Positions 13,501-26,200 of a DNA stretch of 64,000 nucleotides are shown here, piece by piece. Each line of letters begins with the position of its first letter. Within the stretch, counting starts at the first letter, position 1. Source of the DNA: Catajapyx aquilonaris (lineage: Eukaryota). The notes under the pieces are model-generated. The model was not told the DNA's origin. It did no database searches and worked only from the letters and a program-made list of their open reading frames with translations. Location of the stretch: positions 1 to 64,000 of the forward strand of contig KZ537972.1 in the NCBI GenBank assembly GCA_000934665.2, written 5' to 3'. A program made the translations under genes and the position numbers.

Positions 13501-16500
13501 ACTTTCCTCTCAGTGGGGGCCTTTCACAGTTGAAAAAATTGGCAAATTCATTGATTTCATACCCTGATTTTCACAATCCATAAATCTCATGAAAACTGAG
13601 CTTCATTTTTGATACATTATTAATAGGCGCAATCTCCACTGTAAATTATGGTACAAGGCAATAAAATCAATCCTGGAACAGATCCTTGTTATAGCCTTGC
13701 AGCATGGACATTAGTTATATTGGCTACAAAATAACAGTGCACAACCTGGTTCAACTTTGAGGACGTTCCTAAAAGGACCGGTAGCTGACCGGGGCGACCG
13801 CAACTGTTCCTAAATTCTCCGGTCCGCCGACCGGTAGCTGAGGCAGCGTCATGTATGACGTCACTGGTAGGGAACCGCTTGCACCGGCTGAGGGATATGG
13901 TTCGTCCGGTCGATCCAACATGGCCCCCAGCATTGGGTATGAGATGGGGCACGGGCATGCGAAACTCGCCTACCTCAGGCATTTTAACACCGAAAAGGAT
14001 ATATTTATGAGCTGCGGCCATTTCTGTGCCCATTTCTGTCCCCTGGCATGTCTATTTTGGGCTCAGGTGAGGCTATGCAGATGTTTGGAAAGAGGGTGAC
14101 TAATTCCATGTTCGAATTCTGAGGTTGGTTGTTCCCGGTGCGTTCCAAAAAACGTTCCTTTAATCCGAGTGCTGACGTCATTGGTAGCCATACCGGAAGG
14201 GAACCGGCAGGGCGCACCGGTCTGCGCACCGGTCCTATTAGGAACGTCCTCTTTGCTTTTCATTTTTTTTAAATGTCTTCTTGATTACTTAGAGCAGCTG
14301 TATTCGAGTGCAACCCATTGTTGATCTTTGCAGGCTACCTTCGACTAGGTTGCATAGCTCGTGACAAGGGCCAAATCTATGAGGCGTCTGATTGGTTTAA
14401 GGAAGCTTTGCAGATTAACAATGAGCATCCTGATGCCTGGTCTTTGATTGGAAATCTCCATTTGGCCAAAATGGAGTGGGGACCTGGCCAGAAGAAATTT
14501 GAACGGATACTTAAGGTAGGAAGAGATTATTATTATTATTAAGCAGGTTTTGGAAGCAATGCAAAAGTCAGAAAATTGAATTGTTTCTGGAGGTGCAACC
14601 TGGTGACATTTATGGAACCATTAATAATTGCATTCCTTTTTATAATCTACCAAACTGGTTTTTGTTTGTAGCTGAATAACAATACCATTGATTTTTATGT
14701 GTGATTACAAAAAGGACAATTTATTAAGCATAATTACAAGGAATAATGAACTTAAAATCATGTCATATTGAAATAATGTGTTAACATGAAAAAGGAGAAC
14801 ATGATGGCATTGGATGCAATCAGTTCTCTAACAACAACAACAACAGCAACAACAACAACAACAGCAATAATGAATACCCCGTGATAGGCCTCCTTGGGCC
14901 TTTTAGGGGATAATCTTTTGATCAATCCGACTTCATTAATTGCCTGTCCTCTGATTGGTATTTATTGTGGGAGGAAACTGAAGAACCCCGAGAAAACCCA
15001 CGGGAACACTGAGCGAAGCTGTTGAAACTATTCACATAAGTGTCCTCTGTATGATCTGGGGATTGAACTTGGGACCTCAGAAGTGGAAGGCTGTGGCGAT
15101 AGCCACTACACCCCCATGCCGCCCTTCAATCAATTCTATACATCTCATAATCAGACATGCAGATGAAATATGTTTCCAGGCATTTGTGTTTTTGTTACAA
15201 AGAAATTTCTACCCTGGAAAAGAGTTGTGTTTTCAAAAGTAACAGCAAGAGTCTCGTCAAGCGTCACTACTATTGCCATTGTGAAATTCATACTTAACCA
15301 AAATATTGATTTAGATGTCTGTTGAATATACAGGGTGTGTCAAAACTCTACCATAAGCCATGTACCAATGGCATAAGGGGCACCAGAGCATCATTATATG
15401 TAGAGGGGTCATCATGTCTAGGCAGCCACATCACGTAGATAATTGATCATTTGCGAAGCAGCGATTGCGCTTAAGCGTGATTGTAGAATAGCAGTGCATC
15501 TGGGGGGAGCTGCATTGTAAGAGCCCTCAGTGACTACCCCAATAGCAGTGTGGCAGTAGCCCCCCCAGAAAATAGCTGCGACCTTCACCTGTGACGCGAT
15601 TGCAGCTGAAGGTTTGCATACCTGCCAGGATATTTATACCTATTGGTTGAGGTCAATTATCTTGGTCATGCGGCGGCCCAGGCCTATGATTCCGATACTG
15701 TAAATGATCATCTGCTGACCATTACGCCATTGGCATATGGCTTATGGTAGAGTTTTGATACACCCTGTATAAACCCCTTGCAGTTCAAGAAAGCATCCTT
15801 AGAAGGAAACCCTCCTGAAACACTTAATATAGTGCAAAATAATAAAGTCGTTATTTAAACTGTACAGGTGGTTAGTTCAGAGTGGCATCCTTTGTCTGTA
15901 GTGTAAAACTACTACTGGAACATCTTCGGACATTCTTACTGTATTACCTCACTTAAAGCAACATGCCAGTGTCGTTGAGGTCGACTACTCTGGCTATACC
16001 AGCATGCCAGTATAAGGCGAGGTTTTCACTTAACATTACCTGTTCAGAACATGATATTTGCTTGAAATCAAAATCCATGAAAAGGCTATCGAAAAGGCAC
16101 ATTTTGCGAATACATTACCATACAGTATATTGTTTTCAGTAATGTGTCACAATAATTTGTATGCACTAGACAGTGAATTGAGGAGAACAGTGAGCACTTG
16201 ACGACTTGATTAACTTTAACTCTCCCCCACTTCACTGATATTTTGGAAGGTACAATTTTTTGAAACTAACCCTTCCATTCAACACCTACCAGCGTGCCTG
16301 AAGTACAGAACCAGTGAAACCTGCGCCCAGCGAGCTTTGAGTAAAGCAAAAGCTTGAATAAAGGACTGAAGGACTTCGTCTTAGCGATGGAGGAGGAGGG
16401 GGTTCCCCTCTCAAATCAGGCCGACGATGGGATTGGTCATTCTCTATGCACTGTGCAAAAACCTACATATTCTCCCAGCCCTGTACACTCGCCCATTTTT

Positions 16501-17249
16501 CACTGTAACATTATTTCATAACAGTACTAGATGCATTCCAAATTATTTATTTGACAAGGATCAAAATTAAGGAAATCTAACTTGGTATTGCGGCATGCCA
16601 GCCACCGCCGGGTTATACTGGCATGCTGCTTTACCCCTTAACTATGTAGGTGGAGCCTGAGAGGCTCCAATCACTATTTAAAGGCATGTAACTTTTTAAT
16701 TAAATGTTTTTTCCCCATGTCCTTCCGTGACTTTGTCACAAAAATCTTCCTAAGCATGAAAAGAAGAAGAAAAAAAAATTTTAGTCGACATTCTTTGGCT
16801 GAAAAAAATTCGTAAAGAGGAACAGGTCTCACCTGCTGGAGCCGCTCAGGCTCCACCTACGTAGTAAAGGGTGCTGTCGTTTTCCCTATCTCCGTGGAGA
16901 GAGTCTGAATAGGGAAAGCGACAGCACCCTTACTACGTAGGTGGAGCCTGAGCGGCTCCAGGTGGGACCTGTTCCTTGTTACGAATTTTTTTCAGTCGGA
17001 ATATGTTGACTCAGCGTGTGATTTTTACATTTTCGGAAACCTAATTATCTGAACTGCACTTTCTGTATGTGAAAAGTCCTATATAACAATATTGAGCTGA
17101 TAAGCAGAGATTTAAATATACCCTTGGATCCGCTCAGGCTGCACCTACGTAGTTAAAGGTGTTTCGGCCACCTACGTAGTTAAGGGTTAAGTGAGGTAAT
17201 ATGGTTACACGTTAGTGTGATAATTATTACAGCATCAGGTGTGTAAATC

Positions 17250-17298
<49 letters not shown>

Positions 17299-20200
17299 TC
17301 TTGGTTAGTGCCTGACCCTATGTAGGGTATGCGGCACAGACCTTTATTGTAACTTGTAGTACATAGACCATATTTTTGAAATGCCCAGGCCCACGGGCAG
17401 GATGACAGGAGGGGATGTGCAAGGTGCAGTGCAATGTCTTAAACATGGCCATTTTTAGTGAACTCCCCCGGGTGGTTTAGTCTGTTGGAAATACCACCCA
17501 AGACGAAGCCAGAGGTGACCCTGAACTCTGCACGAGATGAAGGGGGTGTCCCAGGGCTGGGATCGAACCAGGGACCTTAACATCCATGGGCACATTCGTT
17601 ACGGCAGCACCACTCCGCCTCCCCTGTGAAAAACATATACATTATGTTCTACAAATATATTCTATAATAGATTAACTAAATCAGACAACTCTCACCTAGG
17701 AAAAAAAATTGGTTGTTCTTGAATATCTCTGTGAAATGGTGCACTGATTTCTTTGCTTTTTGGAATAGTGAATTTGTCTGGCCTTTCACCAACTTTTTTG
17801 CCCCAATCCATGTAGGTTAAGTTGTGAAACTGGCCTCTTATGCTGTACAAATTCCACTAGACACAGGGTTTTCTTTACTAAGGGATCTAAAAATGCTGGT
17901 CATTTCCAGTGTGGGCAGGTTTTGATAAGCCAGACAAAGATAAATGGGAAATGCTATCTAAGTTATGCCAGGCCAGCAAAGTTCTTCCACATTGGTCTAT
18001 TATAGACAGGCTTCAGAGTGTATTCTTAAAATACTCAGTTCTTGTTTCCTTGGACAGTTTGGCAAAGTTATTTTGGGAAAAGTTGAAAATGTGTCCAGAA
18101 TTGATGAAACCATTTAGCGTTTAACCTTTCCTTTGTTGCTGCATTAACAGAACTACTATCCATATTTACTATCCATCTTTTAATGTTAAAAATTCAATGA
18201 AATGGTGTGGAAATTGTGTAACTGTAGAGCGGGAAATGCCTTGGAAAAAATAGTCATGCAAATGTGGCAATGATGGGCAAGTGACATGATTGGAGCAACC
18301 TTGGATTTCAAGTGCCCGGCTGGCTGGTCATATGACACCCAGTCCTTTGACCTGCTGCTCTTTCCTCTTCCCTTTTACCCTTGGCTGAGCTTATTTTATG
18401 TTTTCAGGTATTCCAAGGTTGCATGGTTCTCAATGAATGTGAATAGGAAATTGCAAGTGAAGTTGAAGGGTTTTGTGAGACAGTTTCAGAACTATGTCCA
18501 CCCTAGGTATAAGAGTCAACATCCTGAGTGTAGGAGTCAACATGGTTATTAACTGATTTATGTTGTTATTCTTTGCTACAGAATGGTGCAACTCAGAATG
18601 ATGCCTATTCCCTTATTGCCTTGGGAAATGTGTGGCTTCAGACCTTGTATCAGCCAACCAGAGACAAAGAAAAGGAAAAGCGTCATCAGGACAGAGCTCT
18701 GGCCATGTATAGACAGGTGATGAGAAATGATGCCAAGAACATCTGGGCAGCTAATGGAATAGGTGGGTGCCCAGTTTCACTATTTATTAGAATGCATTAA
18801 TCATTGCAAGTATAGAGTCTTCCGAATGCACAAATGACATTTGACAGGGTCAAAGCCAAGTTGCAGAAGTTCATGTGTATTTACATTCAAGTTTATACAG
18901 AATGTTTTTCTGGCCAAGTTGACTGATCTGAAAAGGGAGGATGTGGGAAAGTTCATAGATTATTATTCCCTCCTGATGTACTAAGTCGCTGGCTGTATAA
19001 TACATTGCCCTAAACTATTTGAATCCTGCCTCGTGTTGGTGGAAGATTCTTGTGGCCATATATCTCATGCATGGCTCGTTGTTGATTTTCATGAGACTTA
19101 TTTTCTTTGAAGGTGCTGTCCTTGCACACAAGGGCTGTGTAAATGAAGCCCGTGACATATTTGCCCAAGTAAGAGAAGCTACTGCTGATTTCTGTGACGT
19201 CTGGCTCAACATAGCCCACATTTATGTAGAGCAGAAGCAATACGTCAGTGCTATTCAAATGGTGAGTCCCACATTACAAATCAAATTTTTAGATAATTTG
19301 GAGGGTTCATTCAATGGAAAATGAATACTCCATATTTGGAAAGTTTTATATGCATGTGCCTCACTTTGCAAATGTCATCAAATCATGGGGTTGCTGCTTG
19401 TATGTGTAAATTGCAATAAAATGGTCCATCATTCTTCATGGGCATAGGAGACCATGGCTATTAAAAGGTTATGGGCTCCAACTTGGAGATGTCCCAATTT
19501 TCCTGTTTCTAAACATATTGCCATGTTTTCTTGTCAGTATGAGAACTGCTTGAAGAAATTCTACAAATACCACAACGTGGAGGTGCTGCTGTACTTGGCC
19601 CGCGCATACTTCAGAGCAGGGAAGCTGAAGGAAGCCAAGATGACCCTTTTGAAGGTAAAATTATACATCCTAAACCCATGCATAAGTCATATTGCAACAC
19701 TGGAAAGAGGAGTACTTCTAATGGGAATGGACCAGGAACCTTGAGCAGCTTCTTATCAGCATCCTTTGTGCAGGGTCTGGTTTTAGTTCACCTACTTGTC
19801 TCATTGTCTGTGCATGCTGGTGGTAGGCTGTCTGGCTGCAGCTGTCACTGAGCTGAGACTTTCTGCATTTTATGCAGATGAAGTAGCTATCAAAGTGGTA
19901 GATTATAGTGTTGGGATTGCAAGAGTTCATGTAGCTCTCACAATATTGTCATAATTGGATGCTTAACCCTTAACTACGTAGGTGGAGCCTGAGAGGTTTC
20001 AAGCACTATTTAAACGCATGTAACTTTTTCATTGAATTTTATTTTCCCCTGTCCTTCCGTGACTCTGTCAGAAAACCTTCCTAAGCATGAAAAGGAAAGA
20101 AAACAATTTTTAGTCCCTATTCTTTGGTTTTAAAAAATTCGTAACGAGGAACAGGTCCCTCCTGGAACCGCTCAGGCTCTATATCTCGTAGGTGAAGCCT

Positions 20201-23200
20201 GAGCGGATCAAGCATGATGTAACCTTTTAATTAGAATTTTTTCCCTGTCGGAATATGCTGACTCAGCGTGTGATTTTTACTTTTTCGGAAGCCTAATGAT
20301 CTGAACTGCACTTTCTGTATGTGAAAAGTCCAATATAACAATTTAGTTGATAAGCAGAAATTTAAATATACTGTTGGAGCCTCTCAGGCTCCGCCTACGT
20401 AGTTAAAGGTGTTTCACCCACCTATGTAGTTAAGGGTTAATTCTTCATGTCGTCATCTTAGGATATTTCATGCCACTTAACATATATCTCAAGGGATTAG
20501 CAGAGGGATTTGCACCAGTGTCCCGTTCATGTGTAAATCAATAATACAGGGTGATTCAATTGAGTTATTCTTTTCTGTTGTAAAAATTTTGGGCACTAAA
20601 CTTTTTATTTTTAAGCAGTTACTTTTGCATAGTACTTCAAAAGTTTTACAATCAAAGGTTTTTTGCTGACAATGTCAGGTAGTGTGGACCCATAATGTTT
20701 GATGGCAATTTTTTCAATGGGCCATTCTTGGAATTTCATTGCAACTTTGATTTAATTTGGTTGAATATTCACAGCCAATACTTTAGATAACCACTGAAAG
20801 TAACTGCAAAAGTACATGCTTGGAAATAAGCATCTTAATGCAGAAAATGATTAACTTCACTTTACTGGACAATTCTGTTGGATCACCCTGTATTTATTCC
20901 TCCAATTATACAAGGGCAAGTCAAAACAAATTGGGACTGATTTTGTATGTGATAAAAAGAATTAGTTCATGACTTTTCGTGAGTGGCATCGTGACCAGAA
21001 TGGCTTGAAGTATTAGATCACCAATTTTTGTTTGAGTATTCCGAAATCCCAAGCGACAGGGACACCGAAAGTAAGCCTAGGTTTGCATTCGCCTCCACTC
21101 TGCCAGGAGGTTGGCAGTGACGACCAACATTCATTGTTGGGGTTTTCCTTCCGTTTGAAGACAACAACGATGGAGCCATGCACCATGCTAAGAGAGGTGT
21201 ATGGTGAAGAAGTGTTCCACAGCATTCCGATGGTACAAGGCACTCAGCGAGTCAGTAGTAAGCTTTCAAAGACACAGGTCTGCAGACTCTCATCAGAATT
21301 CTGACATAGGCCCTCATTAACATCAACTGTGCGGTGATTGTTCAGGAAGAACGCCGTATATCTGTCGATGGCCTTGCCAGAATATGTAATATTTCCCATG
21401 GTAGTGCCCACGCAATTTTGCACTGACCATTTGCACGTATGACGCGTTTGCACCTGATGCAATGGGTCTTCATGTTGTTTACTCCATAGGAGAGGCAGAT
21501 GCGGGTGGAGGTTTGTGGAGAGTTTCAACGCCTTATGGCCTCACATGGTTACCAGTATCTGCTGTTCACAATCTTAGCATGTCGTACACCTCTGTGCCTG
21601 TTTTCTTCAAACGGAAGCAAAACCTCAATACTGAATATTGGCCCGCATCGCCAACCTCCTGGAAGAGTGGAGGCAAATATAAACCCAGACCTACTTCCGG
21701 TGTCACTGTCGCTTGGGATTGAGATTGAACAAAAATTGGTGATCTAATACTTCAATCCATTCTGGACACAATGTCACTCACAAAAAGTCATGCACTAACT
21801 CTCTGTATCACATAAAAAATCCGTCCCAATATGTTTTGACTCGCCCTCGTACATGCGCAGGAAACTAGATGATGATGCACGTCATAATATTACAGGCCCG
21901 CCGTGTGTCACCCCATGACACCATAATCCTCTACAACATTGCGCTGGTGCTTCAGCGCCTGGCCACTCATATCTTGAAAGATGAGAAGTCGACTTTAGAG
22001 ACAGTGCTGCAAGCTGTGCGGGAGCTTGGCCTCTCTCACCGCTACTTCCAGCACCTCTCTACGCATGGAGACCGGATGAAATATGATCTTGCACAGGCTG
22101 CAGCTGAGGCTAGGCATTGCCAGGACCTCTTATCTCAGGCACAGTATCACATAGCCAGAGCTAAGCAACTGGATGAGGCGGAGAAGGATCTCAGACAGAA
22201 GCAGGAGCAAGAGCGAGAAGCATTCAGGCTTAAGCAGGTGAGTGATTGTTGTGGTGGAGATGCATTTGAGGAGATGATATGGCGAGGGGAGAGGCGTTGG
22301 AAGAGTTTGGTGTACTCGGCAGGCGTCAGGAATGCCTAATTCCATGGAATTTCTTGCAAGAGTTTGGCAACTTCTAGTGTATGGGGAGTACTGGTTTCAA
22401 CCAGTTATAAGCAGTTCTAACAAGCTTAAGATAAACACAAACACTGCATTCCAGGACTTGGCAAAAGGCAAACAGGATAATAATCCCTGCAAGGGGTGGG
22501 GTGGATGGGGAGGGGGGCAGGCAGGGGGAGAGAGGAGGGGCAGGAGAGTGGGGGTAAGGAGGGAAGGGAACTAAGGACAAATGGGGTCAAACTTCAAACA
22601 GTGTTCAGCTGGAGGGAAGGCAGGATGGCACTGAGCAGCACAGGCTTGAGACTGGAGAAAAGGAAGACTTCTACTGAAGATTCCAAGTTACTTCTCGTGA
22701 TATGTGTCAGTATATTATCATAACATAGTCTGTTGGACTTGATGTGATTGCACCATCATTCTTCTGGGTGTTGCATGCATGCAGTTAGTTTGTAGGTACA
22801 ATTGCATGGGTGATCTTTAGCCAGAAAGCTTCCTTTGCCAGGTGTCACAGCTCATTCACAGAACTGTTAAGCATACCCAGGAACACAAGCTGGCCCACTG
22901 ACCAGGCTGGCCGCCACACAGGGTGACCAGGGCTGGTCAGGATCATGGACTGCAGCTAATGCATGCTTAATACAGGCTTTCTCGATCACCCCTTTCCCAA
23001 CTTTCTCGTACAAACTCCTTGAAGGGAGAAACAACACACTACCAATAAACTGAGGAAAGTCCTAGAGTCCGACCATGGGACGAGAGGGAACCTCTGGCTT
23101 TGCCACCCATCTGGGGGCATCTAGCTCTTTGGCTGTAGCATGACTATGTGCCTCATGGTAACAAGCAGTTACAATCAATTGCTTATTGACATTGTACATC

Positions 23201-26200
23201 AGTTACTAGAAGTTGTGAACCTCTTTATTTAGTGACGTCCTTATGTAGGTTTATGCCTGTGACACGGACAGCTGGTAAATGTTTTTAAAGGGAGATTTGG
23301 GAGTAAAAATCACACTAACTAAACAGCAAAGCTATAATTTTTCTATGTAACTGACCCCTCTCTTACACATGTTTGTGGTACTTTTACGTATTATTAATAT
23401 AATATTTTTAAAAACCAGTTGAATGCGGAAGTAATTTACACCATTGTGAAATTTTAAATGATGTCTTAGCAAGCACCAAAATAATGATGTGCAAAAAAAA
23501 AGTTGCGTGACCAAGCAGCCGATTTTTATGTTTAGCTATAAATTTTCCACAAATAATTTGAAAAACTAGGACTCCATTTGTATGCTAGAGCCACTGTTTT
23601 TGAGAACAACCAAGAAGCCCAATTTTCTGGGTTTTTTTTGGTCTGCTTGGAGGGAGGGAGGAGAAAGGGACAACCCTGACCCTTTTTTTATGGCCAGGGA
23701 GTGGCACAGTTGAGGGATTGAAAACTGACCCCTTCAGTTGGACCCATGAAATTGGCATGACCCTCTTGGAATGTTGAAATGTCAAATGCTGGAAAAATTT
23801 GACGCCCAATTTATGCTGGAATTCCGAATTGATTTTTGCCTGCAGGATATTTGTCTAGGAACCTTCAGTGTCCAACACAGACTAGTTTCACTGCAATCTT
23901 CTTGAGACTACTGTGTTGTGTCCCAGTTCTTGATCCTCTTCATTCACCCCATATGCCATAAAATCACCCCTGAAAGGAGAAAAAAGGTTGACCCTTTGGG
24001 AGGGGTGGCCAGGGTTTTGGACAAGCCCTCTTCTGGTTTATGATCCCTTGACCAGTGTCATAAGGTCATATAACTGTTTTTGGCCCCTAAAATTGGAAGG
24101 GAAGAGAGGGGGAGGGGGGAAGAAGGAAATAGGTGTGGTATTGCCATATCTACCCTAAGCCCCATGAATTGCTTGTTTTCTCCACATGACCAGAATACTT
24201 TTGACATGACAATCTGCTTCAGATGAGGTTTATTTTCCAAATATTTGCAAGTTTCACGGTTTAATCGTTTGTTCCCAAACAGGGGTCTGGGATGACCGAG
24301 TTGATATCTACCATTATTCTTAAAATTGTCGCATCTGCCCATTGTGGTATGGTCATGTTTTCCTTTGAGTTGCCTGGGCCAAGCATCCTTATTGCAATGA
24401 CCAGATGTTATGTTTTTGATAGGGTGGTGGATATGACCTTTTTTGTTCCTCGTCTCTTCTCTCTGACACCTGGTAGCATTCCCTCATGAGTTTCATTGTG
24501 CATAAAATAATACACATGCATCTACAAAAAATATATTTCCTGACGTCCAAGTCATCCATTACTTTTTTTTCTTTATTTTTGTATTTACCCCGTGATATAG
24601 CCAGCGGCTCTCTTAGAGGGGTGGTTGCACCATTTTTTGCCGAATTTTCCTTATTTACTTCAGACTCTGGTGCAGGGAAATTGGGCCAAGATAGGGATTT
24701 TTGGGGAGGGAACGTAGGTTCATGTGGGTTACCGACCGACAAATGGGTTGTGTGCTGTTCCCCAGGAGGTTAGGTTGCCAGACACCTCCTTGGTGCAGGT
24801 AGGGATTGAACCTGGGACCTTTCACTCAGCAAGCCGAGACATTACCATCTTGGCCACTGCCCCTCCGCATCATTCATTACTTACCACCTTAACATGGAAG
24901 GCAGGTTCATGTGTGTGGGGTATTGCAATACTGATTATAATTGAATTTGCTTAGGTTGAGGAGCAGAAGAAAAAGGAGGAAAAACTCAAGGTTCAGATGG
25001 AGGAAATGCTCCGGAAGCGAGAGGAGTTTAAGGAGAAGAAGAAGAATGCACTCATATTTGACGCCATGCCAAACGAGAAATCGGGTAAGAGAGGCAGGGG
25101 ACGAAGGAAGGAGGATGAATACATCAGTGATTCTGCAAGTGGAGCTGAGAATGCAGGTCCAGAAGCGTCAAGACCTAAGAAGAAGAGGAAGAAGGGTGGG
25201 TCAGGATCAGAAGAGGAGGGTAGGAGGAAAGGTCGCAAGGGTGGGGAGGAGAGAGGCAGGCCTAGGACCAAGGCTGGGAGGAGGGCTGGTGGGAGAGGTA
25301 AGAAGCTCAAAGAAGATGATGGACTTTCGGCCAAGCAAAGAAGTAGGATTGTGTCAAAGGCCACCATATCTACTAGCGAGTCGGATTCTGATGATGGTGA
25401 CAAAGCCAAGGGGGGCGGGTAAGTGTGATTTTCTTTAGCTACTAGCAGCATGTTATGCAAGGAATATAAAAATTTGATTTTACATAGGGAAAGCAGTGGA
25501 GCAGAAAATGTGACTCTGAAGAAGCGTCGTATTGCTTCTGATTCTGAGAGTGAAGGAAGGCGATCCAAATCATCCTCCCGCTCTCGTTCATCTGGATCAA
25601 AATCCAAATCAAGATCAAGATCTCGATCCAGGTCCAAGTCTGCGTCCAGGTCCAGGTCAAAGTCGAACTCCAGATCAGATTCTGGATCACGATCACGATC
25701 TAGGTCACGATCAAAGTCGAGGTCCAAGTCTGGTTCCAGATCAAAATCAGGATCAAAGTCTCGTTCTCCATCTGGCTCTCGATCTAAATCTGGTTCCAGA
25801 TCTGGATCTGGCTCCAGGTCCAGGTCCAGATCATCCTCAGCAGCGTCGAGGAAGAGTTCTAAATCAAGTTCAAGGTCTCGATCAGCATCACCTTCCAAAT
25901 CTCGATCCAAGTCAAGATCCAAGTCAAGATCCAAGTCAAGATCCAAGTCAAGATCCAAGTCAAGATCCAAGTCAAGATCCAAGTCAAGATCCAAGTCAAG
26001 ATCCAAATCTCGATCCAAGTCCAGATCCAAGTCCAGATCCAAATCTCGATCCAAATCCAGGTCCACATCGAGATCCAAGTCCAGATCTAAATCCAGGTCT
26101 GTATCCAGATCCAAGTCCAGATCTAAATCCAGGTCTGTATCCAGATCCAAATCAAGGTCCAAATCAAGATCCAAATCAAGATCCAAATCAAGGTCCAAAT

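Noticed and set aside
25904..25999. Perfect direct repeats superficially like a CRISPR array
   Set aside because: Head-to-tail 12-mers with no spacers, inside a eukaryotic coding exon.
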